From: Klebsormidium nitens
Taxonomy: Eukaryota > Plantae > Klebsormidiophyceae
DNA: 64,000 nucleotides
Assembly (NCBI GenBank): GCA_000708835.1
Contig: DF237007.1
Coordinates: forward strand, 197,291 to 261,290
Reading direction: 5' to 3'
Shown: positions 1 to 12,989 of the stretch, one piece after another
Layout of the letters: each line of letters opens with the position of its first letter
Position numbering within the stretch: the stretch's first letter is position 1
Notes under the pieces: generated by a model
What the model was told of the DNA's origin: nothing
What the model saw: the letters and a program-made list of their open reading frames with translations, nothing else
Databases searched by the model: none
Position numbers and translations under genes: made by a program

Positions 1-3000
1 GTTGGCCAGCAGATAGTCTAGTCTCTTGGGGTAGTCCAGGAATGCGGGAGCCATCTCCAGAATGGACTTGCGGCGCTGCTCGTTGGACAGGCCCTTCAGA
101 GTGGTCACCTGGGTTGGTATAAAGGGAGCGGTTGGGAGAATTTAGAGGAACAAAAAGGTAATGACAAAAGAACAGATGAGGAAGATACTGGCGGTCTGTC
201 GGACGGGCCACACAAAGATGATCACACGGCTTTTGCCGAAGGGCTGCTAGAAAGTGATTGTAAATCGAGTGTAATCAAAAGAGGTAATGCACGGAAAGGA
301 GAGGAGGTAAAGTTCAATGGCCATGCGATGCTGCCCTTTTTATCAGGGCCCTTCGGAGTGGTCCTCTGAGTTTTAATGAGGGCAGTGATTGAGAATGAGA
401 TGAAAAGAAGACAGGTAATGTAGGTAAAGCCGATAAGAAGAAGGCGCAGCTCGCCAAAGCGTACAAACAATATCACCTGACATTCGACAATCTGCACCCC
501 CCCATCCCCACCTAAGACACTACAACCCAAAACCCTTAACCTTTTACCCCCCTGATTCACAATTCCGGAGCTCACCATCTTGTGGCAGTCCAGGTTGCAC
601 ATGGAGCACACCCCCCGCTCTAGTTCGAACAGCCGCCGCCGATTGTGGGCGCTGCTCGTTCGCGTCGAGTACTGATCCGCGCAGGTCGGCGAACAAAAGA
701 GGTCGGCCATCTTCTTGGGAAACTTGGCGAAGCGGCCCCTGCGTCCAGAAGTTTATTGATGTCTTCAGATTTGTTAGGAAAGGTGATCTTGCAAGTCCCG
801 ACAAGGAGGAAGGCGAAGGGTCAATCATCAAGAAGAATGTGGAGTTCTAACAGAAATAGACTGCGCTGACCTGACATAGCAACCGCAGCCGGACCTTGAA
901 GAGCTTACTTGAGTTCGGGACACGAGACGTAAGATAAGAGTGTCGGCCTCATGCACAGACATAGAGGCTTCAGCTTACCGTAATGGCCTTTGCCCTAACC
1001 GCAGAAATGGATATGATGTTCGACCCGTGACTTTTAAGGACCTTCAGCGTAGCTCTGAGCGACGTATCGTCCTTGCAGCCTTGATAGTTCTCTTCTTACA
1101 TAGAGTGTTTCAAGAAGCAGGCACGAATAGTTTCATCTGAGAGACCAACTCCAATCGACCCCGTGAAACTCCAGCCTGGCCGTCCATGTTTCCCAACAGC
1201 TGGCAGTACTTTGGGAAGATGAACTGAATCGACTGGAAGCAGATAATCAAGCACTTCTACCAGACCGCACATTCGCTCCTTCTACAATATGCAATTCCGA
1301 ATCAAACAAGCTGTCCTTCACTCACCTGCAGATTTTCTGGCACATCTTGCACAGCGGGTTGCCATCCTCGTCCAACCCCTGATTGCTCTTCTGCGGCTCC
1401 CCGAAGATCGACCGCCACTCGACGCCCCGCATGCTCGCGCCCGCCGGCAGCGGCTCCCCCACCTCGTCACGCGCCGCCACGCGCTTCTTGCTGCCGCCCG
1501 CCCGCAGGCCCTGCGGGTGACGTGATGCTGATGTCAGCGACGATCTTCGGAAGCTCATATGAAACATGTCAAATCTTTCAGGAGTGTAATAAGTATGGGG
1601 CGACTCCCCGCCTCGTCCCCGCGCCGCCACGCGCTAATTGCTACCGCCGGCCTTCAACCCCTGTGGGTGACGTCATGCTGATGTCAGCGACAATCTTCGA
1701 GATGCCGACAAATCATCCGGCTTTCGGGTTGAGATTCCTACAACAGAGGAGAGCCAAGGGCGGCTGTCCCGCGCCGCCATGCGCTTCTTGCTCCCGCCCG
1801 CCCTTAGCCCCTGCGGGTGACATCATGCTGACGTCAGCGACATCGAAGCTTTCATCAGATACTGGAACTTTTGGGCGTCAGCTTTTAGAACTGGAGGACG
1901 CCGAGAAGCAGTTCCTCAGCCTCGTCCAGCACCGCCACTTGCTTCTTGCTTCCGCACGCCCTGAGCAATGACGTCACGCTGACATCAGCAACAATTTGAG
2001 AGAATACATCAAAGTCCGGGTCGTTCGGCTGGAGTTGATGGGTATGTACATCAACAAATTCCCCGCCACCACGCTCTCTTGCTCCACCCCCCCTCAGGCC
2101 CTGCATGATGACGTCACGCTCAGGCCAGCAACAATATTCATTCGGTCAAGAATCTGGGGGTGGGTTTCCGACTTCAGGTCAAATAGATATACAGCCACAG
2201 CATCAGAGCGCGGTGTCTGGCCTCGTCCCAGATCCGAACAAACCCAGAAGCCCTACACGTCGAAAACCCAAAATTAACAGAACCCACAAAAATTGAACAC
2301 CCATGTACCCAGAGAAGAACGTTACACATACACCGTGAATCAGAACAAAAACCAGGTCTCACCCCCGTCGCGCCTCCCCTGACTTTCTCAAGCTCCAGCT
2401 CGAGCGGTGCTTTGAGCGGCATCCCCTGGAGCTTCGACCGAAAAATCGGACGCAGCTTGGTCCACTCGTCCAGAAATTGACGGGCGGCGCGCAGGTGGGC
2501 GCCGCACGTCAGCAGGAGTTTCGGGAGGGGCCCCTGGTAAGACCTGCAAAAGATAACCGAAACTGAGTGACATAGAAAACCGTTTAGCTCCGGGCGTGTG
2601 AAAGGCTTGCGGGCAGCCTTTTACTGGATGCAAGTTGCAACAAGGAGAATTGTCTGGAATCATTTTCGTCTCCAGAGGTGAATTTGCAAGCTTCAAAGAT
2701 CACCAGAAAGATAGGCTTAGGGACCAAGGGGATTGGGGGTAAGAGAACGTCACTGAAAGAGAAGCCTACTGAGCCGACGTTCGACACTGATCGTGTGTAG
2801 GATCGGATGCTGAACTCCTAACCTGTACCCAATATCTCTTGACTTCACACTGGTTTTCAATAAAAATCGACTTTTGAGGATAACCTATTGGCCCACCGCC
2901 TTACCGGACATCCTCTTCCGTCTTCAGCTTGGCCAACTCCTCCCTCGGAAAGTTGAGCCCCAGCAACTCCGCGCCCCCCCCTCCAGACGCCCCGCTTTTT

Positions 3001-6000
3001 ACCCCCCGGTACAGATGCACTCGCCCCGTGTTCGGACTGATCTCAAACAGCAGCTTTCCCACCGGCACTCCCCCATCGTCCTCCCCCCCTTTTTCCCCAG
3101 CCTTTGCGTCCCCCCCGGCGCGAGTGAAAACGTCGAAGACGGGCCCCTGCGAAGACGGAAACAGGCTCTTCCGGGCGCGCTTCCCGCCCCGTCTTTCATC
3201 CGGGGGGGTGCCGTCGATGGGGAAGCTTCGCCTGCGGACGCCCGGGGGGGTGAGGATGCGTACCTTGTCCGACGAGTTTTCAGTAACCTTTGCTTCGGCT
3301 GCGTTTCGCGCCTTCGTTTCACCGTCACCCGATGGAGCAGCGAAAGGAAAGTCTTGGTCATCCATTGCGACCCCATTTTCTTCCTCCCCCTTCGAAGAAC
3401 CCGCCTCCGCCTCTTCATGCGGCTTCGCACTCGTTTCTTCGCTCGCGCTCACAAACTTTCCGTTCCCGGGGGGGTCAATTTCCGCCTCCATTCCACCCCC
3501 CGGCTCGTCCACTTTTTCGGTTCCATCACCCGCCCCTTCCTCGCGGTCCTTTTCTTCCCCGTTCTCCTCCTTCTCCGCTCCGGGGGGTCCCGTTCTGCAG
3601 CCAAACCCAACCCCCCCTTCCCACTGCGTCGCGCCCCAGTCGTCGGTTTCTGCGTTTTCTGTCCGAATGTTCTGTCCGGACGCCTTGTCCTCAACCGCGT
3701 CCACGTGGATTCCCCTAACCGCGTTTTCGGACCCGTTAACCACGGTCGTAACCCGCTCCAACGACTCGCTTAACCGCATCCAGCTGGTTTCATCGTCCGT
3801 GTCCTTGGCGCAGAACAGGTACACGTTGACGGCACTAGACTGGCCCCGCCGATGAGCGCGATCCTCGGCCTGCGTGAACGAGAAGTGGAACGAGGAATAA
3901 GGCCCAGCAACGGGACTATTCGTCCAACATCAACAAGAGTGGTCTGCACAATGAGGGAATGTCTCCGATCCAGACCGACCGCGCCGGCGGGCGATCATTA
4001 GCCTGTCATTTACGCCGGGAGATTTTCGGGATCCTTATTGACCTAATGGTGCACCCAATCTGCCCGTTCCACTCGATCGGACAACATGCTAAACCTTTAC
4101 TAATGAGCGACCGGGAGGTGTGTTCGTTTTCGTAATAGTTAACCTGTCTCGTCAGCGAATTCTGACCGCAGTCAATACGGTAGCCTAGAACTCAGGCACT
4201 TTCTTGATCTCTTCCCAATCCAAAGATGCGCTTCTTTCTGTAGTCTGTAAGCTTCAGCTCTCTTTGAATCAGACTCCCATCAATCCCTTAAAAACGCAAC
4301 ACCCACCCCGCGCTTACCTGCATGAGGTCAGCCGATGACGAGGGCAACTCCGCAAAGACGACTGTCTGTGCAGCGCTGAAGTCCAATCCGACGCCNNNNN
4401 NNNNNNNNNNNNNNNCGCATGAGGTCGAGCCGATGACGAGGGCGAACTACCGCCAAGACGACTGTCTGTGCAGCGCTGAAGTCCAATCCGACGCCGCCAG
4501 CTGTCACGCCCACAATGGCTACTCGAATCTCGTCCCGGTGCTTGAAGTCCTGGACCGCGGCTTGCCGGTCGTGGCCGAGCGTGCTGCCATCAATCCTGAC
4601 GTAAGCAACGCCGCAGTCGTGCACGTATCGCTGCAAAAAGAGAGAAAAGTTGGCACCGCTTCTTCAAGATGAAGAAGACTCATCAACAGAACTCTCTAGA
4701 GGGGGCATAACGAAAACATCCATCTTCCGTTCCTGCATCGCACCTTTAACCAACGTCTGAGGTCGTGTGAATGTTGATTCAACTCTCGAGAGTTGATGGG
4801 CTCCTTGCTTGCGGCATCCATTCACTTCAATGTAACAATGTCCAGAGAGGCTCATGATTCCCATATTATATTTGTTGAACATGAGCTCAGCGAACCTCAC
4901 GTTTGTAAGAGCTTGAAAGTGCGAGAGTCACCAGTGGGGTTCGGCAAAGTACAACCACAGTGGTTGAAGATGTTTCAGAAAGGCAGTCACGGTCAAATGC
5001 GAGTGCCTTAGAACTCGTACCTGGATTCGGTCGAGCACCTCGATATGGTGAGCGAAGATGATCATTTTGGGTACGTCTTCTGCCCCTTCCTCTTTCTGGG
5101 GGGTAAGGCCCACGTTGTTCGCCAGCCACTCCCTTACCCCCCGGAGCTTCGCCAGCCCAATCTGTTGATACGTCAGGCCCCCGTCTTCCTTTCCGCTGAC
5201 GTCTGCATAGGCAAAAGCGGAAAGTGAGCGGTAAGCAAGTGGTGCATGGTATGGAGCCGCCACATGATTGGTGCCGGAATCGTATCTCTGCCCCCGTTAA
5301 TTTCTCAGCGGGCGGGATGATTACTTTAGTGACCATGCAGAGTCCTGTCTCGCAAAGGTAGACATGAAAAGCCCAAGCTGCCCCCGAAATGTTTCAGATC
5401 GGACTCTTGAACACTCCCACCGCTTATGTCATCCCTTTCACCGCCTCTCCGTTTCTCCTGTCCCCGCTTTCCTCCCATAGCACCAGAATGAAGCATAATG
5501 ATCCTTTTGCAAAATCACCGTAGGTCAAACCCCCCTGCTTGCTTTCTTCCGCAAGCATCACAGACTGCTTCCTAAGCAACCTCCCAACAAAAGCAGACCA
5601 CGTCACCCCCTCAAAAAGCATAAGAGAAAAAGTCACTCACCCCCCCTCCACCAGCCTTCTCAGCGCCTCTTCTTCCACCTCCCCGTCCTCGCTTTCTTCC
5701 GTCAGCACCTTAGAGAGCTTCGTAGCAACTCCTCTCCTAAAAGAGGTTTCCAAACGTGCCCCCCAGAAACCAAGAACGGAAGTCAGACTTACCCCCCCCC
5801 TCCACCAGCCTTCTCAGCGCCTCTTCTTCCTCCCCCCCCTCCTCGCTCTCTTCCTCCAGCATCCGAGCTTCCATCCTCGCAAACTTGCGCCCCCGCACCT
5901 TCCCCATCGCCGCCAGCTCAGCCGCCAACTGAGCGGTCCGTTCTTTGGCGTCCTTGATGTCTCCCGCCTCTAGTTTCAGCCGGATGACCTGGCGCCGCTT

Positions 6001-9000
6001 CGGGGGGAGCTGATCCAGGACGTCCGACTTGAGCCGCCGGACCTGGGGGGAGCGTCCAAAGATGGGTTTCACAACTCAGACAACTCCACTTTCTCATGGT
6101 TACACAGTTTCATCCTAATTGGGCTTGAAAGGGTACTCGACCGCTCCCCAATACAACGACGTCCCTCCCAGAAAGCGCAGGCGAGAAAATCGACATGACA
6201 CACCCTAGGACACTGACCTCATAGTTCGCAATATCGCACTTCCTCATGCGTTCTTGTTCAGGCCAACTTTTGAGAATTTGAACTGCTGGTAAGGTAAAAG
6301 CGCGGACTCTCCTAACCATGACAGTCTCCGCCAGCAGCACGTGGAGTCCATGGAGCCTGACTCTTTGGAGTAGTCCCTTCACTCCGTACATTAGTTTGAT
6401 CGTATACAAACGATATGAGCACGTAAAAAAACGCTCTTCTCTTCCGAAAGAAGTCTCCCCAATTCCCTTACCATGACAGTTTCCGCCAGCAGCACGTGCA
6501 GTTCATGCAGCCTGGCCCCCTTGGAGTAGTCTTTCACGATATTGCCGCACCCGCGCCGCAGCGTGCGCACGTCACAGTACGCCTTGGCGAACACGTACTT
6601 GGTGCGGCCGAGCAGACCGGTCCACAGACCATCGGCCTGGTGGAAAATGTCGAACGGCCTGCAAAATGTAAACTTCAAAACATAAAAATCGGTCTAAGAG
6701 TCTGACAAGGAGTGGCTAAGCAACACGGCGCCCGCAGTACGTTTCTGGCAAACGCAAAGTTGTTAAAGCCGAGCAGACCGGTCCACTAACCATCCGCCTG
6801 GTGGAAAATGTCGAACGGCCTGCAAGAAACAAGTGGTTAAAACTTGGTTAGGACTCTCGAGGCTTCTGCAAATCCAAGGGTTAATGGAAGAAACTTCGAT
6901 CGTGAAAGGCAGATGGGGCAAGGCCGATCGGAGCCATCTACCTGACGTCGAAAGGCCTGAAAAAGACTTTCAAGTTATCTGGGTTAGTGACTTGGTGTTG
7001 GGGCTAATGAAAGACGTTTTGGTCAAGCCGAATGAGCTCAACCGAGTCGTTGCATCGGTACGCGGGCCGTCCACTGCTTGAAGATCATTTCTGTGAAGGG
7101 CCAGCAAGAGAGGCCGAGTTCAAAATTGGAGGGTCAGGGACTCGGTTCAGAAAGTTGGAGAGCGTCTATCCCTAGAGCAAGAAGCGAACGGTTCATATGC
7201 CGTCAACCTGGTGGAAGATGTCGAACGGCCTGCGAGGCTGACACGAGAATCTTAACCCGGGGCGCCATAACCATTCGTTTGCTGGTTAAGTTCTTTCGCC
7301 TTTTCTACCTGGCTGACGAGCCCCAACGGCCTTTGAATAAAGATCGAACGACGGAATAGGACGACTCTCTGGAGGCATCAGGACTTTGAAACAGTATGCC
7401 CAAACAATATGCCTGCTCCGAGATCCATACGCTGCAGGTTCTTTAGGTTGGATTGACAGAGATGGCTCTGTTGACATACGACCCCAGCAAGATGTTAGCC
7501 GAGTATCGGAGATGGGCATCGTGACGTAGCGAGCTTATGCTACGGTATCGGAGGACTCACAGGAACAAGAACGAAGACTGAGTGTCAAGAGGCGGAAGAA
7601 CGGACAAAGCGAGTTTTTATCACAAGGTGCTGTATCCGACGAACCTGTTAAGCGACGGCGTTCCGGATAGCAGGACTGCTCGCTTCGTCTTCTGCAGAAA
7701 CTCTTTGACGGTCTCCTTTTCCTCCGTCTCTTTGGGATTCTTGGTCGTCCGCAGGTTGTGACTCTCGTCCACTATAAGCACGCCCCACTTATGGGCCGCA
7801 AACGTCCGCTTCAGGCGCCGCAGCATCGTATACGAGATGACCACAACCTGGGGTTGGGAAGCAGAAACGTCAAGGAAAGAAAGGGTACGTGCCGTGAAGA
7901 GTCGAGCGATCCTTGAGACGAAAGACCGATTCACTGTGTGCCAAGAAATTGGCCTAGAAGACGCAAGACTACATGAACACATCTTTCGAAGGCAAGTGCG
8001 GATGAATTCAGAGCGGAACGATGTGACAGAAGGTGGATGAGCCGGTCGAATGAGAGAGCAGGCAGCGTTTTTCGACTAAATATGAAGCCCGGCGTGTGCA
8101 AGCGGCTCCCCAGTGGCCTCAGAAATTGCACAAGAAGAATCTAACGGTGTCTGGTCAATCTCACAGGCACGTATCTTGACCTTGAAGGTCGTTCCAGTCT
8201 GCCCAGACCGACGTGATCAGATTAGGTGACAACATACTCTTCTATCCAGCCGAAAAGCTGCTTCATGTCATGCCTTACCAACCTTATCAAGGAGCATTCT
8301 AACACTGAACGAGAAAAATGATTTGATCCTGGTCTCGAGCGATCAATCTAACAACTTACGCACGAACTAATGGGCGCTGGAACTAAGATGGGCGCCCGCA
8401 AGTCGGGTGCGGTTGGTCCGGTGGTTATGGTGAGTTCGGGTGCGGAGCGCATCATTCTTTGGTCTAGGAATTTTACAAAAGTACTCGGCTAATTTGGGTC
8501 GTATTTCAAGCGACCACTTCAAGTTTGCCAAGATTGAGCGATAAGCCTCACCTTTGGGCACGGCACCCCTTCTTGCAGATCGTTCTGGAAGGAAAACACG
8601 AGGTGCACGTCTCTTGGGCCCAGGAAAGGAAGCCACCTCTCTAGTTCTTCCGCCCAAGGGAGCCGCATGCTGGCAGGAACGACAACGAGGAGGGGCCACT
8701 CGGCGCGGTAACAGCTGGCGATAGCAATTCCCTGGAGGAGTGAAAGCGACAATCGGGTTGGTGACTCGAGAAAAAGTTGGAAGGTCTAATTCTGAGTGCT
8801 TGGGGCACCCGCTGCAGAGCGTTCCTATCTGCGGCCTCAGCAGATTTAAAAGTCAAAGCAATCTGGAATGGCCGAAACAATAGATGCAGATAAATGGGCT
8901 TCCGGACCTTGGACCGGGCTCGATTGCACAAGCCATTAGTTCTGAATCAAAAGTTGTCCTTGAAAGCCTTTGTGCCTGATCTGGTCGGACCTCAAAACGT

Positions 9001-11372
9001 TGAAGGATTTCACAATCAATCACGTGCATACGCCAATCTGGTCACGCGCAATATAAAGCAAGCGCGCTGAAACTACGGCAGTCTTTCTTGTTCTGACGCA
9101 TAGATTATCCGCATCGATCTTGGAGCCCCTCTGATAGAAGCACCAGAGGACCACTCAGATCCGCAAAAGCTGCAACTGAAAAATAATGTTCAGCAGATCA
9201 TCTTTGCACAATCCAGCGGTTACCAACAGCTGCAGTGAGGTCCATATTCTCTCCCACCTGTATTGTCTTTCCCACCCCCATTTCGTCGGCTATCAGGCAG
9301 CGCCCCCCCCTGCGCAGGCCGTACCGCACCCCCTCCCACTGGAACGGCAGCAGCGTCTTTCGCAGCCCGGCCGGAAGGCCCTGTTCCATTAGCGCGTCCA
9401 CTTCCTCGTCCCCAATGTGCCAACTTTTGAGCGGCCGCCACGAGCTGTCACAGGGCCTCTTGATGGGAGGGACTGGAGACTGGGCTCCGGAGGGATCCCC
9501 CGGCACCAAATCCCCTTTCGTAATCTCTTCTTTGGCACTGTTCGACCCGCTTCCAGCGCTTTCGGCAGGGCCCCATCTGACGCGCAGTGCCCGCAGTGTA
9601 GACTCTGGAATGCCTGCGACATTTGCTTCCGGGACCTTTGACAGGGCCCTCAGAACGGCGTCGTAAGTGACTATGGGGAAAACGAGAAAACCCTCGCTGT
9701 CCAGAGTCTCGTCAGATACCCACTTCTGTGGAAGCACCCCTGGGCACGCTCGCTCGAGCACGGACCTAGTTCTCTGCTCCGGATTCTCAAACGAATCTGG
9801 TGCGAATACACTCCCGATGGGGGGTTCGCAGAAAGCATACTGGACTGAGACCCTCAAAAGGTCGACCGTTTGGAGTTCGAGGGAAACCTCTAGAGGTCTT
9901 GGAATGACCTCAGGGCCCTGAGGCATGACGGGAATGTTAAGAGGTTCTGGGATTTGCTGGAAGGACTGTGGAAATTGGGGATTTGGATCAGGCTGGTGTG
10001 AAGAGGCGGCGTTGCAGAATGCCGGTAACACTCTCTGGTGAGGATGCGCCATAGGCTGCACATAAGCCGATCTAACCCCCCTCGCAGCTGAGTTTATGAA
10101 GACCCCCTCAGAGGGTATGTTGGCACTGGCGGGCGCAGTCAGACCAGAGAGACTATTTCCTCGGAGGGGCCTATTCACATCAGAAGAATTCGCTGCAGTC
10201 TGCCTCTCGCCCCCAGAGTTCCCCCCCTGACCCTCATCAACATCGTCCCAGAAGTCTTCTGGCACCTCATACTCGGGACTGTTGCTCGGCTTCTCGCTGC
10301 CAACCTCCGGCTTAAGTCCGTTGCGCAGCTCAGTCTTGCTCGCGTCCACATCTTCTATGTTCACCTCTGCCCCTCCAGATTCCGCCGCCTCTGCTGAACC
10401 CCCGTTCCGGCGACACGCCTGTAGCGAGGGCAAGTCACAGCGCGCATCTGAGCACTTTGGCGGGGGGCGGGCAGCAGGCGAGCTGGCGACACCTGGCAAT
10501 CCCTCATTTGCTGGTGGCATGTGAGAAGGACCGGGCGCAACGCTCTCCTTCCCGGGCTGACAGCTGGCGCACTCCGGTGTATCGCCTGTTCCTCCATAGC
10601 CCCCAGACGGGCCTGAGGGAGGGGCGGCATTGGCAGGGGAAGGCAGGGCCGTCAACCATTGGAGATGCAGTTGAGGGAAGGGGACCTCCGAAAGAGGGGG
10701 CTGGAAGTGTGGGGGTATACTGAGACGGGGGGTCACCTGACAAGGGGCTGTCTGCTGAAATGTGGGGATAGATATCCCTGGGGACGTGTGTGCTGCCTGG
10801 TACCACGCGGCCGCATTCCGCCTCCGCAGCGCCGCCATCCGATTGGCATCAATCCGGCTGCGCTGTTCCTCAGAGAGTGCGACGCCATCACTGTTTACAG
10901 GAGGGATGGGAGGGGCCACATCTGAGTACGGCCGCTGCTCTCTAAAATTGTGCCCCCTATTCTGAGGAGTGTGCTTGTCAACCACAGAGTGGGGGGGTGG
11001 GAGGTCGGCACCAGGAGGCCGAGTGCTTGCTCCAAAACTTGAGACAATAGGCGCCACATTCAAAGGACTTGAACCTGTTTGTTGGACGGCTGGCGAAGCT
11101 TGATTCGACGGGCCCAGCTCTGCTTCCCCCGCCACAGGCTCACTCGCTCCCCCCCTTCCACCATGTACACCGGCAGCAACTTGCGGTGGGGGGGTGACAC
11201 CAACTTGACGCCGCTCCGCTTTCACAAGGATTGCCTGGAGCGACGCCTTCTCCCCCGACAATTTCCGGCGACCAGTGCTTGGAGAAGCGATTGGCACGGG
11301 GAGCGGAGCGTCCCAGTCCTCAATCTGGTCTGGCAGGCCATCCCACCAGGCGTCTTCCTCAGCGGCTGCCAT
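1..11372 (-). CDS. ZRANB3: ZRANB3/SMARCAL1-like SNF2 annealing helicase (HNH-bearing type), copy 1, apparently intact; 3' end runs off the window
   Basis: Phase-consistent GT-AG exons: 11372-9258, 8731-8552, 7847-7645, 6658-6472, 6042-5793, 5202-5021, 4630-4318 (spans an N gap), 3869-2905, 2543-2363, 1510-1326, 738-576, 108-<1. Motifs: LIADEMGVGKTIQ (Walker A), LIVDESH (Walker B), LLSGTP, KMIIFAHH, YVRIDGS, AGGVGLDFSAA, QAEDRAHRRGQ, plus CKMC and CSMC clusters. The HNH domain is seen only in the paralog at 51197-52165. Confidence 0.9.
1430..2140 (-). repeat. Tandem array of ~150-bp units, each carrying a 3' splice site plus the start of ZRANB3 exon 10
   Basis: Minus-strand CAG acceptors at 1511 (true), 1661, 1811, 1961 and 2101. 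Each is preceded by a GCTGA(T/C)GTCAGC(A/G)TGACGTCA-like motif and followed by GGCCTG...AGCAAGAAGC...GTGGCGG-like exon sequence. Confidence 0.85.
4396..4415. other. 20-N assembly gap inside ZRANB3 exon 7 with duplicated, error-containing flank
   Basis: About 75 bp right of the gap repeats 4322-4395 with indels. The paralog exon (46318-46530) has a single copy. Confidence 0.85.
6317..7235 (-). repeat. Decayed intronic copies of both edges of ZRANB3 exon 4
   Basis: Acceptor plus exon-start copies (CAG|GCCGTTCGACAT..CCACCAGG) at ~6820, ~6957 and ~7230 versus the true acceptor at 6659. An exon-end plus donor copy lies at ~6317-6385 versus the true donor at 6471. Confidence 0.8.
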
Positions 11373-11777
11373 GTCGGCTTCCAGCTTTTGATGTTTAATG
11401 CAACTTACAAAACATTTGCATTCTCAGCTTGGACAAGGAATGCGACAAGCTGGCAGGCCTCCCTAGTCCCACATCCTGAATTGCATGAAAAGACTGCATC
11501 GGAAACACCACCACATGTGGATCAGGATGGCGCCAATTTGCTGCTTGAAGTTGAAGTTGGAAGTCAGCTAGTGCAACATAGTGACAAATGCGGATTGGAA
11601 GTCTTAGATAGATTTCGAGGAGGAGGCTTTCTCAATCGTCGATAGTCTGAGCATTGCTGGCTGGACGGTGAACATGAAGCGCGACAAGTTGTGGTGTTTC
11701 ATAAGAACCGTCGATGAAGGAGAGTAGTTGGTTGGACGGCTCACTTCCGCCCCAACGTTTGCAGAATGAACCTTCAG

Positions 11778-12989
11778 TCAGGCTAGGCACGGTAGTGGGG
11801 AAATCGAGGAGCAAACTTCCTCCGGGAAGTTCGGGAGTCGGAGGGACTTACATCGCGAGCCGTCCGATGGTGCCACGCGGCTACCGATCGACCGAAAGTT
11901 TGACAAGCAATTTTAGTCCGTACCGCCGATGACGTACACTGAATCTGCTTTTCGCCCACTGTAGTACCTAGTACAGTGTGTCTGGACTCTGCACTGAACT
12001 GGAGGTACCTAGTAGCCTCAGGCAGAGGCTAAGCCATTGCCGCGATTAAAGAAGCTTGAAGTTGAAGTTGCATGGGTTGATAGGTTGCGCAAAGAGATAC
12101 AGCACAAGACTTCTGGACGTTGTTTGCATTTCAAATAGAAAGCATTCACCATTGTTTTCAGGCTCTAGCTCATAGCGCTAAATCCAAATCATGTGTAGCA
12201 TCGGGGGGTTTAATATTAGGAGCTCAATGCTCTATTCGAACTTTTATATCGGGAGCGAGTTCCTTTTACCATGTTTTGGTAGTATGACTCATATATTTCT
12301 CATATGGTATCAATTCTCATTTGATAGTTTTGGGGCTAAGTTCAATCGCTTGCCATGATGCCATGAATTAATGGTAGCGTGTCTGGAGAATATTTCGAAC
12401 ATCGTCATACACGAACCTTTATATATGTATTGAATTGTACCCGATTGTATAGATTCATGCGTTTGATACATTGAAGCAAGAAGGGTAAAGAAACCTAAGA
12501 AAACCATGCTTTCTATAGAAGAAGTGCTACCCAGTTGCTGTATCTGCAGCGCTGCGCTGTATTCTTTCAAACACTTTGCTTAATATTTTGACGTCAACAC
12601 CACCTCTTGTGGTGTACGATGGCTCAAAATGCATGTACTCGAAAGCACTAAGAGGACTGGGCACTCCGATTGGTCACATTTGTCGATCTTCCCCGATCTC
12701 CGGAGGCCTGGTTAGTTGGGAACTACGGTAAAACCTTGAATTTCACAAACTTGCGTGCCCAGCCTTTGTTAGGGTGCCCCTTAATAACATTTCCCCCCCT
12801 GGTAATGGTATTTACCCCTATGCACTGAGCCCAATTAGGGACGGGTCAGGAGACCGTTAACGTTTCACCAAGGCCGATCGGACGGCCGCGGTTCCGATCC
12901 CGCGCGGTCCGGTCAATCGAAGTTGTGAATTTACGTCACCGTCGCACGTGTGCCTCCGGAAGTTTGACCTGTAGGCCGTGCCGACCTTG
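11778..12989. mobile_element. Candidate non-autonomous insertion (hAT-like 8-bp TSD), present in the left arm only
   Basis: Homology to the right arm breaks at ~11760 and resumes at ~13000. ACCTTCAG flanks both ends (11770-11777 and 12990-12997). Weak terminal inverted match: CAGGCTAGGCACGG versus CAAGGTCGGCACGG. Confidence 0.4.

Noticed and set aside
2874-3855. Long plus-strand ORFs (299 and 308 aa) and similar antisense ORFs such as 52602-53309 and 11079-11645
   Set aside because: Shadow frames of GC-rich coding exons on the other strand; low-complexity translations with no motifs.
4322-4500. Apparent tandem duplication and frameshift within ZRANB3 exon 7
   Set aside because: It flanks a 20-N gap, the extra copy has indels typical of a contig end, and the paralog has one copy. 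Treated as an assembly artefact, so copy 1 is not called a pseudogene.
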